Shown piece after piece: positions 48,457 through 59,532 of a DNA stretch of 64,000 nucleotides. The translations under genes were made by a program, and so were the position numbers. How positions within the stretch are numbered: position 1 is the stretch's first letter; each line of letters opens with the position of its first letter. Source of the stretch: Patescibacteria group bacterium (GTDB taxonomy: Bacteria > Patescibacteriota > Patescibacteriia > UBA10025 > JAHIVO01). Under the pieces are notes generated by a model. It made no database searches, was not told the DNA's origin, and saw only the letters and a list, made by a program, of their open reading frames with translations. Location of the stretch: the NCBI GenBank assembly GCA_041650915.1, contig JBAZKE010000001.1, positions 547,097-611,096 of the forward strand, given 5' to 3'.

Positions 48457-49213
48457 GGCTATACGTCAGTCCAATGTAGGCAATCATCGCTTTCACTTTT
48501 TTCTTATCTTCTGAAATACGGTACGAAAAGTAATCATCAGAAGCGCACGCCGTGCAGTGCATACAGTCTTCAATGTTTTCTTTTTGGACACCGCCTGTAA
48601 TCATTTGCGATCGAATGATATTTGCTAAGTCAATATATATCGCTAGCCTATCTCTTTTTATGCATGACGGATATTTTATAAAAAATTGTTCGACATCGGA
48701 TTGCACTTTAAAATGGCACTGGCGTATCCCTGGCCCAATTCCGACGAGTAAGTTTCTAAGATCAATGCCCCTGAAATGAAGGAGTTCCAGCGCGTTATGA
48801 ACGATCCCGCCATGTATACTTCGCCATCCAGCATGAAGTATGCCGACGACGGAAGCAGAAGGTTGAAAAAGATAAACAGGAAAACAATCGGCAACCGTTA
48901 CCGATAAATATGCTCCAGGTGTGCTGGTCGCGAGCCCGTCAAAACCAGGAGCTGCCTGCAGAGTTTTATTGCGATCAATGAACGCAATCTTCGAACCATG
49001 TTCAAGACGGGCTGAAATTACGGATTGATAATCAATGTTTTTATTTTTAAAAAACGTTTTAACGTTACGTGATTCCGATGAACTTTTTAGCGCTTGAATC
49101 ACCTTCATATTCCCATCACTTCTATTAGAAATTCCGTACCGAACTTCTCGGTACTGATTGAAATGGGTAAAAGTTAGGACCATGTCCGTTTGGATTATCG
49201 TGCTAACCGGCAT
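48449..49213 (-). CDS. pgeF: Peptidoglycan editing factor PgeF (YfiH/DUF152, purine nucleoside phosphorylase-like).
   Basis: TVADCFPVYLF and ILHAGWRSIHGGIV are the hallmark Cys/His motifs. Confidence 0.75.
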   Translation of the reverse strand: MPVSTIIQTDMVLTFTHFNQYREVRYGISNRSDGNMKVIQALKSSSESRNVKTFFKNKNIDYQSVISARLEHGSKIAFIDRNKTLQAAPGFDGLATSTPGAYLSVTVADCFPVYLFQPSASVVGILHAGWRSIHGGIVHNALELLHFRGIDLRNLLVGIGPGIRQCHFKVQSDVEQFFIKYPSCIKRDRLAIYIDLANIIRSQMITGGVQKENIEDCMHCTACASDDYFSYRISEDKKKVKAMIAYIGLTYSHD

Positions 49214-49240
49214 GTAATAATCGATGAAAACAAAAACCAG

Positions 49241-52018
49241 CTAGGATAAATCTTTTCCGTGGCACTTCTTGTACTTTTTGCCGGATCCGCATGGACAGGG
49301 ATCATTCCTTCCTACTTTCTTTCCGTCTTTATTCATCAAATTACCGCCCGCTGTCTGTGTAGTTCCACCGACAATCTGAGTGCTCGATGACAAGGCCTGT
49401 TCCGATGAACTGAGCGTATCATTCTGATATGGAGTATCCTGCGCGTCGTGGGCAGTCTTTGCAGGAGCAGAAAGGCGGTGCTGCGCTGAGGCCATTGGAG
49501 TCTGCTTAACTTGGTTTGCAACGGAAACTTTAAAAATTGTGTAAACTACATTTTTCTGGATATTATTGATGAGTTCGTTGAAGAGACGGTACCCCTCTTT
49601 TTTGTACTCGATAAGCGGGTCCCGCTGGCCATAACCGCGTAAGCCAATACCCTTCCGCATATGGTCCATCATATCGAGGTGTTCAATCCAAAGAGTGTCA
49701 ATTGCCCGCAAGTAGACTGCTAATTCGACACGGCTGACGATTGATTTTTCTCCAATTTTTTTGGAAAAAATACTATAAGCATTTTCTGCTAACTTTATAA
49801 AGTACTGGATCAATGAGGTACGCGCTGCTGCGTCTTGAAGTTTATCGCCTGCCTTTTCTCGGATATCTTCGAGTCTAATGCGATCTTTGAGGTCTACAGG
49901 AAAAATCGTATCAATCACTTCATATATTTCATCAATATTCCAGGTTTTTTCATCCTCTGTTGAAGTATGGAAAGAAACAATTTGCTCAATTTCATTTTCA
50001 ACAAGCTTCATGATTACTTCACGGAGTGAGGATTTCGGGGAATCAGCGGATATCGCAGTTCCTTCGACTGCTTCGAGAATACCATGACGCTGCCGATAAA
50101 TTACCTCACGGTGTTTATTGATGACATCATCGTATTCGACCAAGTGTTTCCTAATATCAAAATTATGGCCTTCAACTTTTTTTTGGGCCGACTCGATGGA
50201 TTTGCTGATCATTTTATTTTCGATTGGCATATCATCGGGTACGCCGAGACGGTCCATCAAGCCTTTCATCCTATCTGAACCGAAAATTCTCATGAGATCA
50301 TCTTCCATCGAAATGAAAAATTGGGATGAGCCAGGGTCTCCCTGCCGTCCGGCACGGCCTCTCAGTTGGTTGTCAATGCGCCTCGATTCATGGCGTTCTG
50401 TACCGATCACGTGCAACCCGCCAACCTGCTTGACGCGCTCTTGCACATCAAGACCAGCGTTCGTGCCTCCGAGGATAATATCAACGCCACGTCCGGCCAT
50501 ATTTGTCGCGAGAGTTACTTTGCCTGGTTCACCGGCGCTGCTGATGATCGCGGCTTCACGTTCGTGATTTTTTGCGTTCAGTATGCTGTGTTCGATACCT
50601 TCACGTTCGAGAAGAGTACTAAGTAATTCGTTTTTCTCGATCGAAATTGTACCTATTAAGACAGGTTGTCCTGCCTCGACTCGTACTTTCACTTCTCTGA
50701 CGATAGCCTGATATTTTCCTGCCGCGGTTTTATAGATTGAATCGGGTTTATCTTTCCGGATGAGGGGCTTATTCGTCGGCACCTCGACGACATCAAGATT
50801 ATAAATTTTATGAAATTCTTCTGCTTCCGTCGCGGCAGTGCCGGTCATGCCTGACAGCTTTTTGTACATCCTAAAATAATTCTGAAAAGTGATTGTTGCC
50901 ATTGTGCGGCTCTCACGTTTGATATCAACGTTCTCCTTCGCCTCAATAGCTTGGTGGAGCCCTTCCGAATATCTCCTGCCAAACATGAGCCGGCCAGTGA
51001 ACTCATCGACGATCACTACCTCTCCCTCTTTGACAACGTAATCCTTATCTTTCTTAAAAAGTGCCCGAGCACGGAGCGCCTGTTCGATATGGTGTACCGT
51101 TTCGATCCCTTCCGCTTCATAAATATTCCCGATGCCGAGCAGTTTTTCCATTTTATTGATACCAGATTCAGTCAGCGTCGCAGCACGCATTTTTTCATCA
51201 ATATTGTAGTCATTTACTTCATCAAGCTGAGCGACCATCTTTGCAAACGTGTAATATCGATCAGTTGATTCTTCCGCCGGTGCGGAGATGATGAGCGGAG
51301 TCCGCGCTTCATCAATGAGTATGCTGTCGACTTCATCGACAATAGCGTAGTGCAATTCACGCTGTACCCTGTGCGTGAGAGAAGGAACCATATTATCACG
51401 CAGATAGTCGAATCCAAATTCATTATTCGTGCCGTACGTAACATCAGCTGCGTATGCTTCTTTACGTGTGACCGGCTTCAAGTGCTGCAGGCGTTCATCG
51501 AGTACGTCGTGCTCTGAATATTCAGGATCGAGAAGGAAGGCTTTTTCGTGCGTAATACAACCCACAGAAACGCCGAGTTTCTGTAACGCAATGCCGTACC
51601 ATCCCGCATCTCTACGTGACAAGTAATCATTGACGGTTACGACGTGTACGCCTTTGCCAACAAGCGAATTGACATAGGCCGACATTGCAGCTGAAAGCGT
51701 TTTGCCTTCGCCAGTTTTTTGTTCTGCGATATGGCCTTGATGTAGTACCACCGCCGCTACGAGTTGGACGTCAAACGCGCGCTGCTGAACGGTGCGTCTA
51801 ATTGATTCACGTATCGTTGCGAGTGCTTCCGGTAAAATTTGCTCTACAGTCTCTCCTTTTTTAAGCCTATTCCGAAATTGCTCGGTCCGTAAGGCCAGGT
51901 CATCGTCTGAAAGCTTAGAGAAGGTAGGCTCGATTTCATTGACCTTCTGAACTGTGGATGTGTATGTTTTTAAAACCCGCTTATTGGAATCCCCGAAAAT
52001 TTTTTCTATCAACCCCAT
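49241..52018 (-). CDS. secA: Preprotein translocase ATPase SecA.
   Basis: Full-length, 925 aa. DEAD-like motor motifs are present. The C-terminal zinc finger is CPCGSGKKYKKCHG. Confidence 0.9.
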   Translation of the reverse strand: MGLIEKIFGDSNKRVLKTYTSTVQKVNEIEPTFSKLSDDDLALRTEQFRNRLKKGETVEQILPEALATIRESIRRTVQQRAFDVQLVAAVVLHQGHIAEQKTGEGKTLSAAMSAYVNSLVGKGVHVVTVNDYLSRRDAGWYGIALQKLGVSVGCITHEKAFLLDPEYSEHDVLDERLQHLKPVTRKEAYAADVTYGTNNEFGFDYLRDNMVPSLTHRVQRELHYAIVDEVDSILIDEARTPLIISAPAEESTDRYYTFAKMVAQLDEVNDYNIDEKMRAATLTESGINKMEKLLGIGNIYEAEGIETVHHIEQALRARALFKKDKDYVVKEGEVVIVDEFTGRLMFGRRYSEGLHQAIEAKENVDIKRESRTMATITFQNYFRMYKKLSGMTGTAATEAEEFHKIYNLDVVEVPTNKPLIRKDKPDSIYKTAAGKYQAIVREVKVRVEAGQPVLIGTISIEKNELLSTLLEREGIEHSILNAKNHEREAAIISSAGEPGKVTLATNMAGRGVDIILGGTNAGLDVQERVKQVGGLHVIGTERHESRRIDNQLRGRAGRQGDPGSSQFFISMEDDLMRIFGSDRMKGLMDRLGVPDDMPIENKMISKSIESAQKKVEGHNFDIRKHLVEYDDVINKHREVIYRQRHGILEAVEGTAISADSPKSSLREVIMKLVENEIEQIVSFHTSTEDEKTWNIDEIYEVIDTIFPVDLKDRIRLEDIREKAGDKLQDAAARTSLIQYFIKLAENAYSIFSKKIGEKSIVSRVELAVYLRAIDTLWIEHLDMMDHMRKGIGLRGYGQRDPLIEYKKEGYRLFNELINNIQKNVVYTIFKVSVANQVKQTPMASAQHRLSAPAKTAHDAQDTPYQNDTLSSSEQALSSSTQIVGGTTQTAGGNLMNKDGKKVGRNDPCPCGSGKKYKKCHGKDLS

Positions 52019-52065
52019 TGGGCTTTTTTTCGTTAATTGGTTGTTTGAGGCAGCTGAGTAATGTA

Positions 52066-52094
52066 ATTCTATATGTTTTTGAGCTTTTTTACAA
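52066..52094 (-). promoter_or_regulatory. Candidate sigma-70 promoter for secA.
   Basis: Minus strand: TTGTAA (52089-52094), 17 bp, TAGAAT (52066-52071). This sits in the 138-bp murB-secA gap. Confidence 0.35.
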
Positions 52095-52156
52095 GGATGC
52101 TGCTCTCGTTGCTAAACGTGATTGAGCGACCAAAATAAAAACTTTTTAACAATCGT

Positions 52157-53059
52157 TTAAAAACCAACATACTCAAACTCTTCTTGAAGCTGAATGCCAA
52201 ATTGGTCACGTACCTGCTGTTTAATGTAGCTGACAAGTATGACAATATCCTCGGCAGTAGCATTTCCTGTGTTGATGATGTAGTTTGCGTGGTCACGCGA
52301 CACTTGAGCTCCGCCAATTTTTTTTCCACGGAGTCCAGCGCGATCTATTACCTCCCACGCTTTCTCTGTAGGAGTATTTTTAAAAATTGAGCCAATGCTG
52401 CCTTGCACTTTCGGCTGGTATTTTCTTTTTTCCAAATGCACACTTATTCGACGCTGTATCGCGGCAGGATCATCACGGTGAAGCGTTAGGCGGACCGTGA
52501 GCACTGTACTGACATTAGACCCCTTAAAACGGCTCAATCGATAGGAAAAATCACACTGACTTTTTTGGTATAAAATCAATGTTCCATCTTGTTGCATGAT
52601 ATCAACTGAATTCACTATTGAACTGATCCATTGTTCTGACGTTCCTGCATTTCCGACGATAGCACCTCCGAGCGATCCCGGAATGCTGATGAGAAATTCC
52701 ATGCCTGATAAATTATATTCAAGAGCCTTACGGACAACTTTTTGAAGCAGTGCGCCCGATTCTGCTATGATGGTATATCCATCGATTGCTATGCCAGAGT
52801 TTTCTGCTTTTATGACAAGCCCTTCAAAACCTTTATCGGATACGAGTATATTGCTTCCGCCGCCGATGATAAAGAAAGCTACACCATTCTGACGTGCGGA
52901 CGTAACGGCCTTCATCAATTCATAATTCGTTTTCGCGATGTAGAATAGGCTTGCAGGGCCCCCAACGTGGAATGTTGTGTAATCCGAAAGTAAAATATCG
53001 TCTCGGATTCCGGGAAGCGACTTTTTTAATTTTTTTACACTGTTAACATCCATAGTCAC
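52157..53059 (-). CDS. murB: UDP-N-acetylenolpyruvoylglucosamine reductase.
   Basis: FAD-binding FHVGGPASLF...FIIGGGSNIL. Confidence 0.85.
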   Translation of the reverse strand: MTMDVNSVKKLKKSLPGIRDDILLSDYTTFHVGGPASLFYIAKTNYELMKAVTSARQNGVAFFIIGGGSNILVSDKGFEGLVIKAENSGIAIDGYTIIAESGALLQKVVRKALEYNLSGMEFLISIPGSLGGAIVGNAGTSEQWISSIVNSVDIMQQDGTLILYQKSQCDFSYRLSRFKGSNVSTVLTVRLTLHRDDPAAIQRRISVHLEKRKYQPKVQGSIGSIFKNTPTEKAWEVIDRAGLRGKKIGGAQVSRDHANYIINTGNATAEDIVILVSYIKQQVRDQFGIQLQEEFEYVGF

Positions 53060-53078
53060 CTTTTAATTGCAGTGTATA

Positions 53079-54458
53079 TCAAATTACAGCAAGCAATCTG
53101 CCGCTGACGTCTGTAATCGTGCCTGCGCCCATCGTGATCACGACGTCTCCTCTTTTCTTCCGCGCCGTAAAGTGCTTGATCGCATCGTTAAAATTTTTCG
53201 CATAGTGCACTGGCTGGTTCCGTTTGCCTATTTCTGCTGCAAGATCCTTTGCAGTCCGTTTGGCTTTCAATTCCCTTCCTGCAACTTTATAGGTATCCGT
53301 AATAATAAGCTGGTCGCAATCGGTAAATGCGCCTCTGAAGGATGTAAAAAGCGATTCAGTACGGTGTGCGCTATGGGGCTGAAAAATGCACCAAATCCTC
53401 CTGTTCGCAAAAAAATCTTTTGCCGTCCGGAGGGTTTCTTTAATTGCAGTCGGATGATGAGCGTAATCATCCACGACGGTAATCCCGTTTTTGGTTCCTT
53501 TAATTTCAAAACGCCTGGCGGCTCCGCCATAGGATCGCAAACCGGCTGCAATGTGTTCAGTGCGTATTCCGAACATATAGGCAAGTGACGCTGCAGCGAG
53601 GGCATTTAAAACATTATGCCTGCCGTGCTGCAGTATGGAAAGATCAAATTTATCAATACCAGACACTGAGAACAACGTAAATTTATCTTTCCGTAAAATA
53701 TTCGTTACGTGCAAATCGCCAAACCCAATGCCGTATGTGATAATCTTGCACGGAGCGCCTTCGACAGCGCGGATCGAGTTACTGTCCATGATATTTACCG
53801 CGATGCAGCCTCCGCGTGGCATCCGCTTGATGAGCGCCTTGAATGCGCGTACGATAGCTTCTTCATCTTTATAGACATCGAGGTGGTCTGCTTCAATGTT
53901 ATTTACGATCAAGCCGTATGGCCGGTAGCTGTGAAAAGCCTTTTTATATTCATCGCCTTCGATGATAAAGTGCCGTCCGAGGCCGACGCGAGCATTGCCT
54001 TGAAACGCATCAATGTGTGCACCGACTATGACAGTAGGATCCAGCCCGGCAGCGATTAAAATATGAGCCAGCATCGAAGTAGTCGTGCTTTTGCCATGAG
54101 TACCCGTTACGACAAGCTGAATATAGGATTTCATCAGCTGCCCCATAAACTCAGGGTAGGTCAACGATGGGATCCCGAGCTTTTGTCCCTTTTTTAGTTC
54201 GGGATTATCCGATGCTAGAGCGTTTGAAAATACGATTAAGTCCGCATCTTTGGGCACGTTCGAAGCGCTATGTTTTCCAATAATACAAGTAATCCCCTCT
54301 TTATTGAGCTGCCTGGTCAGTCCTGTTTGCGTGATGTCTGAACCGGTAACCCGCATTCCAAATGCATGAGAAATACGTGCAGCCGCAGAAATTCCTATCC
54401 CGCCAATTCCAATAAAATGAATGGCATGGCATTTTTCAAGTTGTACTATTTTTTGCAT
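53079..54458 (-). CDS. murC: UDP-N-acetylmuramate--L-alanine ligase.
   Basis: HFIGIGGIGISAAARI and VTGTHGKSTTTSM, a Mur ligase P-loop. Confidence 0.85.
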   Translation of the reverse strand: MQKIVQLEKCHAIHFIGIGGIGISAAARISHAFGMRVTGSDITQTGLTRQLNKEGITCIIGKHSASNVPKDADLIVFSNALASDNPELKKGQKLGIPSLTYPEFMGQLMKSYIQLVVTGTHGKSTTTSMLAHILIAAGLDPTVIVGAHIDAFQGNARVGLGRHFIIEGDEYKKAFHSYRPYGLIVNNIEADHLDVYKDEEAIVRAFKALIKRMPRGGCIAVNIMDSNSIRAVEGAPCKIITYGIGFGDLHVTNILRKDKFTLFSVSGIDKFDLSILQHGRHNVLNALAAASLAYMFGIRTEHIAAGLRSYGGAARRFEIKGTKNGITVVDDYAHHPTAIKETLRTAKDFFANRRIWCIFQPHSAHRTESLFTSFRGAFTDCDQLIITDTYKVAGRELKAKRTAKDLAAEIGKRNQPVHYAKNFNDAIKHFTARKKRGDVVITMGAGTITDVSGRLLAVI

Positions 54459-55513
54459 AGACCGATTATCGCCTGAGCAATCTTTTGTGCTGCATCCGTT
54501 TTTCCGAGCGTTCGTATCGTTTTAGAAAGTGTTTGCAACTCAACCTTATTTGCCTGCAAGTTCCTGATAGTTTCTACAAAATGTTTCGCCGTAGCAGTAT
54601 CCTGTTCTATGACTAAAACCGCGCTTCTATCTAAAAAGTACTGTGCGTTGTCCTCTTGGTGGGAGTTCGGCAGAGGAATGAGTATGGAAGGCTTGCCAAG
54701 ATGCATTAACTCGGTACAGGTAGAAATACCCGCTCTCGCGACAACGATGGAAGCAAGCGCATATGCATCCGGCATGCGTTCGGCCATAAATTCCCTTTGG
54801 ATATAACGGCTATTATCCTGGAGTTGTATGGATTTGCCTGCTCCGGTGATATGAATAATTTGAAAATTTTTCGTTAATTCACCAATTGATTGGCATACTA
54901 ATTGGTTTATAAAACGCGCACCCGTACCGCCACCCATTATTAAAATTGTCGGAATTTTTTCATCAAATTTATATTGCGAAATTGCACGCATCGGATTGCC
55001 ATTAAGAATATCCGGGCGGAACGGATTGCCGGTAAGGCTTGTTTTGCGTGCATTAAAGAATCGAGTCGAAATGTCAAATGAAACGGTTATGTGCCCGGCA
55101 ATCCATGCCGTAAGCCTATTGGAAAGTGAAGGACGAATATCTTGCTGGTGGATTAACACAGGGATATTGAGCAGTTTTGCGGCATAGATAACAGGTACTC
55201 CAACGTAGCTCCCCGCACTCACTACGGCAGAAGGCTTATAGCTTACCAAAATTTTTAAAGATTGGAAAAAACCGATTGCAATGAGCACGATGTCCAAAAT
55301 ATTACGAAAATCAAAGTAACGCCGAAGCTTACCGCAAAAAATCGATGTGAACCGAATTCCATGCTGTTCAACGATGCTCTTTTCCGGATTTCCGGAGATC
55401 GTGCCGATAAAAAGCAAGTCTGAATCAGGAAGATTTTTTTTCAGTTCATGGTAAACGGAAATTAACGGGATAACTGAGCCGGCCGTACCTCCGCCAGCGA
55501 ATACAAATTTCAT
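54446..55513 (-). CDS. murG: Lipid II synthase MurG.
   Basis: FAGGGTAGSVIPLISV and a C-terminal GT28 domain. Confidence 0.85.
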   Translation of the reverse strand: MKFVFAGGGTAGSVIPLISVYHELKKNLPDSDLLFIGTISGNPEKSIVEQHGIRFTSIFCGKLRRYFDFRNILDIVLIAIGFFQSLKILVSYKPSAVVSAGSYVGVPVIYAAKLLNIPVLIHQQDIRPSLSNRLTAWIAGHITVSFDISTRFFNARKTSLTGNPFRPDILNGNPMRAISQYKFDEKIPTILIMGGGTGARFINQLVCQSIGELTKNFQIIHITGAGKSIQLQDNSRYIQREFMAERMPDAYALASIVVARAGISTCTELMHLGKPSILIPLPNSHQEDNAQYFLDRSAVLVIEQDTATAKHFVETIRNLQANKVELQTLSKTIRTLGKTDAAQKIAQAIIGLCKK

Positions 55514-56619
55514 GAGTTTTTTATTTGCTTAGAAATATTGATAAGAATGCCGATTGCAATTAAAGAAGTGGCGAGCGCAGAACTGCCATAACTAATGAAT
55601 GGAAGTGGTATACCCGTAAGTGGCAGGAGTGTAACCATGGCAGCAATATTGATAAAGGCTTGGAGCACGATCCACGATACGATGCCAACCGAAACGAGTT
55701 TTCCAAACGTGTCGGGAGCTTTTTTTGCTATCTGCAGTCCGCGGTATAAAAAAGAAATAAATAGTATAATCAGCGCAATCGAAAAAAAGAGTCCCAACTC
55801 TTCAGCAATGACTGCAAAAATTGAGTCTCCGGTAACTTCCGGCAGGTACAAATATTTTTGCCGTGAATGTCCGAGGCCGAGGCCGAAAAGGCCGCCGCTG
55901 CCGATAGCGAGTAATGCCTGATTAATATGGTAGCCAACGCCTTGCGGATCCAGTGCTGGATTAAGGAATACCGTCAAGCGTGCCGCGCGGTATGGAGCAA
56001 TTTTAATGAGTACTAAAAATAAACCTGTTGCCCCGAGCATTATCCATGCCAAGTGCTTGATTGGGGCGCCAGCAATAAAAAAGATGGCTACTCCAGTGAT
56101 TGCGATAACAGTCATTGTTCCCATATCGGGCTGAAGCATGATAAGGAATATTATCGATCCGAGTATGATCAAGAAGGGAACCAGCCCATACGCAGCCTCT
56201 TTTATCCCCTCTTTATTCTTAGCAAATAGTACGGACAAATACAAAATAAAGGTCAGCTTCAGTACTTCAGTGGGCTGCAGGAGTGTAAATCCCAAATTGA
56301 TCCAGCGCCGTGCCCCACCGTACTCGAATCCAATTCCTGGAATAAATACAGCGAGTAGCAATAAAATATTTATAACGAGGATCGGCAGTGCGAGTTTACT
56401 CCATAAGTGGTAATCGATCTTTGATGCGATCAAGAACCCAATAATTCCAAGTAAAACGCCAAATAGAAGCTGATGTTTTAAAAAATAGTTACTATCACCG
56501 TACTTATCAAAGGCAAGCACAGAACTTGCTGAAGACAGCATAATTAATCCATACACAACGATAATGCCTATGATAATAAGAATTGCATAATCCGGTTTAT
56601 GTAGTCTGGTTTGTGCCAT
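55510..56619 (-). CDS. ftsW: SEDS-family peptidoglycan polymerase (FtsW/RodA).
   Basis: Ten TM helices. PDMGTMTVIAI and GGARRWINLGF motifs. It ends on a TGA stop. Confidence 0.8.
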   Translation of the reverse strand: MAQTRLHKPDYAILIIIGIIVVYGLIMLSSASSVLAFDKYGDSNYFLKHQLLFGVLLGIIGFLIASKIDYHLWSKLALPILVINILLLLAVFIPGIGFEYGGARRWINLGFTLLQPTEVLKLTFILYLSVLFAKNKEGIKEAAYGLVPFLIILGSIIFLIMLQPDMGTMTVIAITGVAIFFIAGAPIKHLAWIMLGATGLFLVLIKIAPYRAARLTVFLNPALDPQGVGYHINQALLAIGSGGLFGLGLGHSRQKYLYLPEVTGDSIFAVIAEELGLFFSIALIILFISFLYRGLQIAKKAPDTFGKLVSVGIVSWIVLQAFINIAAMVTLLPLTGIPLPFISYGSSALATSLIAIGILINISKQIKNS

Positions 56620-58014
56620 TTAATGGAGGTTATGAACTGCTTTCTTAAACCGGTTACCCCGATCAAATTCGTTCAAGAAAAGGCCAAAACTTGCCGCACC
56701 GGGAGATAAAACAATACTATCCTCGAATGCTGATTCTGATCTTGCCAGCATAAGAGCTTCCGCAAGTGACGCTACGACCACATACTTGGTGTAACGGACA
56801 GAATTAAAAGCCGATTTTATTTTTTCTGATGCGGTACCGGGTAGTAGGACCGTAAATTTTACTTTCGATTTAATTTCCTTCGCCATCGCTAAGTAATGTA
56901 GCTTTTTATCTGCGCCACCCGCAATAAGCACTATTCCATTTTTTATTGTCCTGAGAGCAGCGCAGGTTGCGTCGGGTATTGTTGCAGCGGAATCATTGTA
57001 GTAGCGCCTTCCGTGGAGCACCCGTACGAGTTCTAGTCGATGAGGGATGCCGTTAAACCCTTTGACGGCAGATTGGATAATTAATTGCGGCACGTGCAGT
57101 ATTTTTGCTACTGCGATACCGGCCATTACATTTTCAGCATTATGCATGCCAGGCATTCCGATATCTTTCAGGGAAATAACCGGATTCGATTTACCGTGAG
57201 AGGAAAAATAAATCCAGCCATGACGGATAAAACATGCCATTCCTCTCGAAATCGCCCTTGTAGACACCCACGCTACACGGGCTGATGAACTGACTGCGAT
57301 TTGCTTCGACAGTTTGTTAGTATCGTTTGCTATGATGAATTGTTTATTCGTTTGATGTTGAGTAATCAGTTTTTTTGATTTCACATACGATGTTAGCGTA
57401 CGGTACCGGTTCATATGGTCCCTCATGATATTCGTGATAACTGCAATATCAGGCCCCCACTTCAGATGGCTGATATCTTCGAGTTGCCATGATGAAAGTT
57501 CGAGCACGACCGGTGTGCTGCGATTCGCTTTGCTTAGAATTGTAAGCGGTGAAATTTGGATATTGCCGGCTAAAAATGCATTAATGCCAGCTTTTTTGAG
57601 AATGTAAAAAATTAAAGAACTTGTCGTAGACTTGCCTTTTGTGCCGGTTACTGCAATTATCGGTGAAGAACAGTATTGTAAAAAAATGCTAATATCAGTT
57701 TCAATAGGCACCCCCGCACCGCGCGCGGTCGCGAGAAATTCAGAATTTTTCGGCACACCTGGATTTTTTATGATTAAATCTGCTTTTTTAAAATCCGATT
57801 TACGATGCTTGCCAAGCACATAACGGATAGGATATTTTTCCAGCCGCTTAATTGAAGGTAACAGTACGTTTCTATTCCGCAGGTCAGTTACAGTAACACG
57901 AGCGCCCTGGCATGCAAACCAGCGCGCTGATTCAAGGCCCCCGCCATGCAAACCTAAACCCATTACTAATACCTTTTTCCCCTTAAATGCGAACATTTGC
58001 TTAGCCATATGCAA
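56620..58014 (-). CDS. murD: UDP-N-acetylmuramoylalanine--D-glutamate ligase.
   Basis: VLVMGLGLHGGG and GTKGKSTTSSL. Confidence 0.85.
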   Translation of the reverse strand: MHMAKQMFAFKGKKVLVMGLGLHGGGLESARWFACQGARVTVTDLRNRNVLLPSIKRLEKYPIRYVLGKHRKSDFKKADLIIKNPGVPKNSEFLATARGAGVPIETDISIFLQYCSSPIIAVTGTKGKSTTSSLIFYILKKAGINAFLAGNIQISPLTILSKANRSTPVVLELSSWQLEDISHLKWGPDIAVITNIMRDHMNRYRTLTSYVKSKKLITQHQTNKQFIIANDTNKLSKQIAVSSSARVAWVSTRAISRGMACFIRHGWIYFSSHGKSNPVISLKDIGMPGMHNAENVMAGIAVAKILHVPQLIIQSAVKGFNGIPHRLELVRVLHGRRYYNDSAATIPDATCAALRTIKNGIVLIAGGADKKLHYLAMAKEIKSKVKFTVLLPGTASEKIKSAFNSVRYTKYVVVASLAEALMLARSESAFEDSIVLSPGAASFGLFLNEFDRGNRFKKAVHNLH

Positions 58015-58093
58015 AACAAAGTAGTCTATACTATACCATAAATTGCTCCTTTTTCAAGAAGTGGAGAGTCTAGCAGTTAAGCTTGTACAGCAG

Positions 58094-59143
58094 CTACTTG
58101 TCTACCAAAAAGAGGATGACCCCAACGACTGCACTTACGCCAGAAATAATCCAAAAGCGCATCACGATTTTCGGCTCAGTCCAACCTCTCGCCTCAAGAT
58201 GGTGGTGAAGCGGTGCGGACAAAAAAACTTTCTTTTTAAATATTTTTTTTCCAATAAGCTGGATAATAACCGACCCTGATACAATAACGAACGGCAATCC
58301 GATGATCGGCAAAAAAAGTGCGGAGTTTGTCATCATTGCCACAATACCGAGCGTGACACCAAGGGACATGGCCCCCGTATCACCCATAAAAAAACGCGCT
58401 GGGTTGATATTGAACCAAAGAAATGCGAGCAGGGCGCCGATTATGACACCACAAAAAGCGGCGAGATTATATCTTCCCTGCGCAAAAGCAATCGCACTGA
58501 ATGCTGCAAATGATGCGAGTAGCGTACCTCCCGACAGACCATCGAGGCCGTCAATTTCATTGACTGAAAAAGCAGTAGCGACAATTATAAAGATAAATAT
58601 TGGAATATACCAAAGGCCGATGTCATAGTTGCCGAGAAAAGGCACGTGAAGGGTAGTCCAATCGAGCTTAAAATAAAACCAATATGCGCCAAAAATCGCG
58701 ATGAGGATATAGATGATAAGCTTATGGCGGACGCGCAATCCTCCTCCTGAAGCACCAATCCCGCGGATGTTGAGCATATCGTCAAAAAGGCCGACAATCG
58801 CTGATGCAACCAGCGCGCCGAGTGGGAGCAGCGTCTCGGCCCGTGTTAAAAAATTGAGGCGGCGGATCCAGTCAATCTCTATGGTATTGCTCGTGACGAA
58901 AAACAATAGTGCAATAAAAAAAGTGCTGAGCCATATTAAAATGCCTCCCATAGTCGGGGTGCCAGATTTTGCCTCATGCAATTTAGAATAAATCGGAGTC
59001 TGTTCTGCTGAGCGTATCTTCTTTCCAAGCTTGAATTTATACAGGTAATGCGTCAGGAGCGGCGTCCAGCTGAACGTAACGACGAAAGTCAATGTTGTGA
59101 GTAAAAATATTTTTATGATATCAAAATTTTTTTCGAATCCCAT
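58094..59143 (-). CDS. mraY: Phospho-N-acetylmuramoyl-pentapeptide transferase.
   Basis: Ten TM helices. DDMLN, NEIDGLDGL and FMGDTGAMSLG motifs. Confidence 0.85.
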   Translation of the reverse strand: MGFEKNFDIIKIFLLTTLTFVVTFSWTPLLTHYLYKFKLGKKIRSAEQTPIYSKLHEAKSGTPTMGGILIWLSTFFIALLFFVTSNTIEIDWIRRLNFLTRAETLLPLGALVASAIVGLFDDMLNIRGIGASGGGLRVRHKLIIYILIAIFGAYWFYFKLDWTTLHVPFLGNYDIGLWYIPIFIFIIVATAFSVNEIDGLDGLSGGTLLASFAAFSAIAFAQGRYNLAAFCGVIIGALLAFLWFNINPARFFMGDTGAMSLGVTLGIVAMMTNSALFLPIIGLPFVIVSGSVIIQLIGKKIFKKKVFLSAPLHHHLEARGWTEPKIVMRFWIISGVSAVVGVILFLVDK

Positions 59144-59148
59144 AACGC

Positions 59149-59532
59149 TTAACTATTTATTTCTATGATCAGGTAAGCTGCGGCCAAGAGGATCACTTGC
59201 AGCAGTACGCTCGTCCAGATTATCAACCTTCCCGCGATTTTATTGTATTTTCCAGCTGAACACGAAAGATATGCATTGAATGCTATAAAGACAAAGCCGG
59301 AAAGTGGCATGATATACATACGGTACCACGATCCGATTAGGTCGACACCAAAGTAAATGTTATAATGGAGATAAAATGGATCATGATCCGGCTGCACCTT
59401 CAGATAGAGGAATGCCCAGATCAGGAGATTAATGAAAAGTGCAGAAATGACGGCAACGAGCGAATTAGCATCGCGGAAACAAAAAGTTCCGGTTCCCCTC
59501 TTTATTTGAAACATTTGCTTATTAAATTGCAT
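59149..59532 (-). CDS. Small hypothetical membrane protein.
   Basis: Hydropathy only. Its 5' end overlaps the divergent plus-strand gene, so start M9 or M15 is more likely than 59556. Confidence 0.3.
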   Translation of the reverse strand: MQFNKQMFQIKRGTGTFCFRDANSLVAVISALFINLLIWAFLYLKVQPDHDPFYLHYNIYFGVDLIGSWYRMYIMPLSGFVFIAFNAYLSCSAGKYNKIAGRLIIWTSVLLQVILLAAAYLIIEINS